This document shows, in pieces, positions 60,457-61,066 of a stretch of DNA of 61,066 nt; position 1 is the stretch's first letter, and each line of letters begins with the position of its first letter. A program made the translations under genes and the position numbers. The notes under the pieces are model-generated. The model was not told where the DNA came from, did not search any database, and saw only the letters and a program-made list of their open reading frames with translations. This DNA comes from Eubacteriales bacterium (GTDB lineage Bacteria; Bacillota; Clostridia; Christensenellales; MB2-83): NCBI GenBank assembly GCA_018385275.1, contig JAHAZM010000022.1, positions 1 to 61,066 of the forward strand, written 5' to 3'.

Positions 60457-60927
60457 CGGATTATAGAGCACTTTTTACTGAAATTGAGGAAGCGGCGAGC
60501 CGCGGAGCGGTTTACAGGGACAAGCCCCTTCGCGTGATGGCCGTGACCAAAACGAGAGAGCCCGACGTCATCAACGCGCTGCCTTCCGAAATCGACCTGA
60601 TCGGAGAAAACAAGGTTCAGGAGTTGCTGACAAAAAAACCAGCGCTGGATCCTCGTTTTGAGTTACATTTTATTGGACAATTACAGCTGAATAAGGTAAA
60701 ATATATTATTGACAAGGTCAGTATGATCCATTCGGTGGATCGGTTGCCTTTGGCGGCGGAGATCGATAAGCGCGCCTCCCGGTACGGACGGGTCATGCCG
60801 GTGCTTTGCGAGGTCAATATCGCGGGGGAGGCGAGCAAAGGAGGCTGCGATCCCGCCGAGGTCGAGAGCCTCGTCGCGGCAATGTCGCGGCTGGAGCATC
60901 TGGAGTGCCACGGACTGATGTGCGTCG
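60453..60927 (+). CDS. yggS: YggS-family PLP homeostasis protein, 3' end lost in low-quality sequence
   Basis: ATGA overlap with the upstream stop. MAVTKT (PLP Lys), IGENKVQEL and HFIGQLQLNKVK. The reading frame degenerates into a homopolymer after ...GLMCVA. Confidence 0.8.
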
Positions 60928-61066
60928 CGGGGGGGGCACCCCCCCCCCCCCCCCCGAGGGGGGGCGGTTAAAAGGGGGCGGGCCGGGGGGGGCCCGGGCG
61001 GGGACCCGGGGCCCCCATGGGAGCGCGGGGCAAGGGGATTAGGGGGGCGGAAACGAAAGCCCCCGG
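60928..61066. other. G/C homopolymer-rich low-complexity contig end (probable sequencing or assembly artefact)
   Basis: A run of 17 C at 60939-60955, with multiple G5-G8 and C5 runs. It is unlike the rest of the window and breaks the yggS frame. Confidence 0.75.

Noticed and set aside
60806-61042. A 78-aa ORF (and the 60681..60911 minus-strand ORF) at the contig end.
   Set aside because: They lie in or overlap the homopolymer artefact and the yggS gene, and their Gly/Arg/Pro-rich translations follow from the G/C runs.

Overview
GC-rich, Firmicutes/Clostridia-style chromosomal segment. The assignment rests on GGAGG Shine-Dalgarno sites, a T-box leader, and the gene orders secD-secF-recJ-relA and hisS-aspS. 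It looks like a metagenome or draft contig, because both ends are degraded. The content is mostly housekeeping. It includes a complete F1Fo ATP synthase operon (atpIBEFHAGDC, minus strand), polA, coaE, secA, prfB (with its +1 frameshift), tsaD and secDF-like genes. It also includes recJ, relA, hisS, aspS, trxA, glyA, ileS, rRNA/tRNA-modification enzymes and yggS. Three short accessory stretches interrupt the core. (i) 11.6-17.1 kb holds a secreted lipoprotein esterase, two AraC regulators and a URO-D family gene. (ii) 17.1-22.9 kb holds metal-homeostasis genes: a candidate yybP-ykoY Mn2+ riboswitch in front of a P2-type ATPase plus a SIMPL gene, then an ArsR/CzrA-like repressor with a P1B-2 ATPase. 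(iii) 49.7-54.2 kb holds small membrane and zinc-ribbon proteins: YegP, two tiny bitopic proteins, two zinc-ribbon/CD225-like paralogues and a DUF2752 gene. I found no rRNA, tRNA, CRISPR array, transposase, integrase, or any recognisable defence or toxin system, and I cannot honestly point to a clear novel multi-gene system. The most interesting observations are these. (1) The Mn2+-riboswitch-like leader shows that the tracked ATG of the ATPase lies inside the aptamer. (2) The ATP synthase c subunit carries a two-carboxylate Na+-type ion-site signature, and the epsilon subunit lacks its regulatory C-terminal domain. (3) An AraC regulator's sensor region appears homologous, by eye, to the C-terminal module of the divergently transcribed esterase. 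(4) The SecD/SecF pair is divergent and seems to lack the canonical charged transmembrane residues. (5) The hisS-aspS leader has a terminator and an alternative pairing but no T-box hallmark. All domain calls come from reading motifs by eye, and no database search was run.
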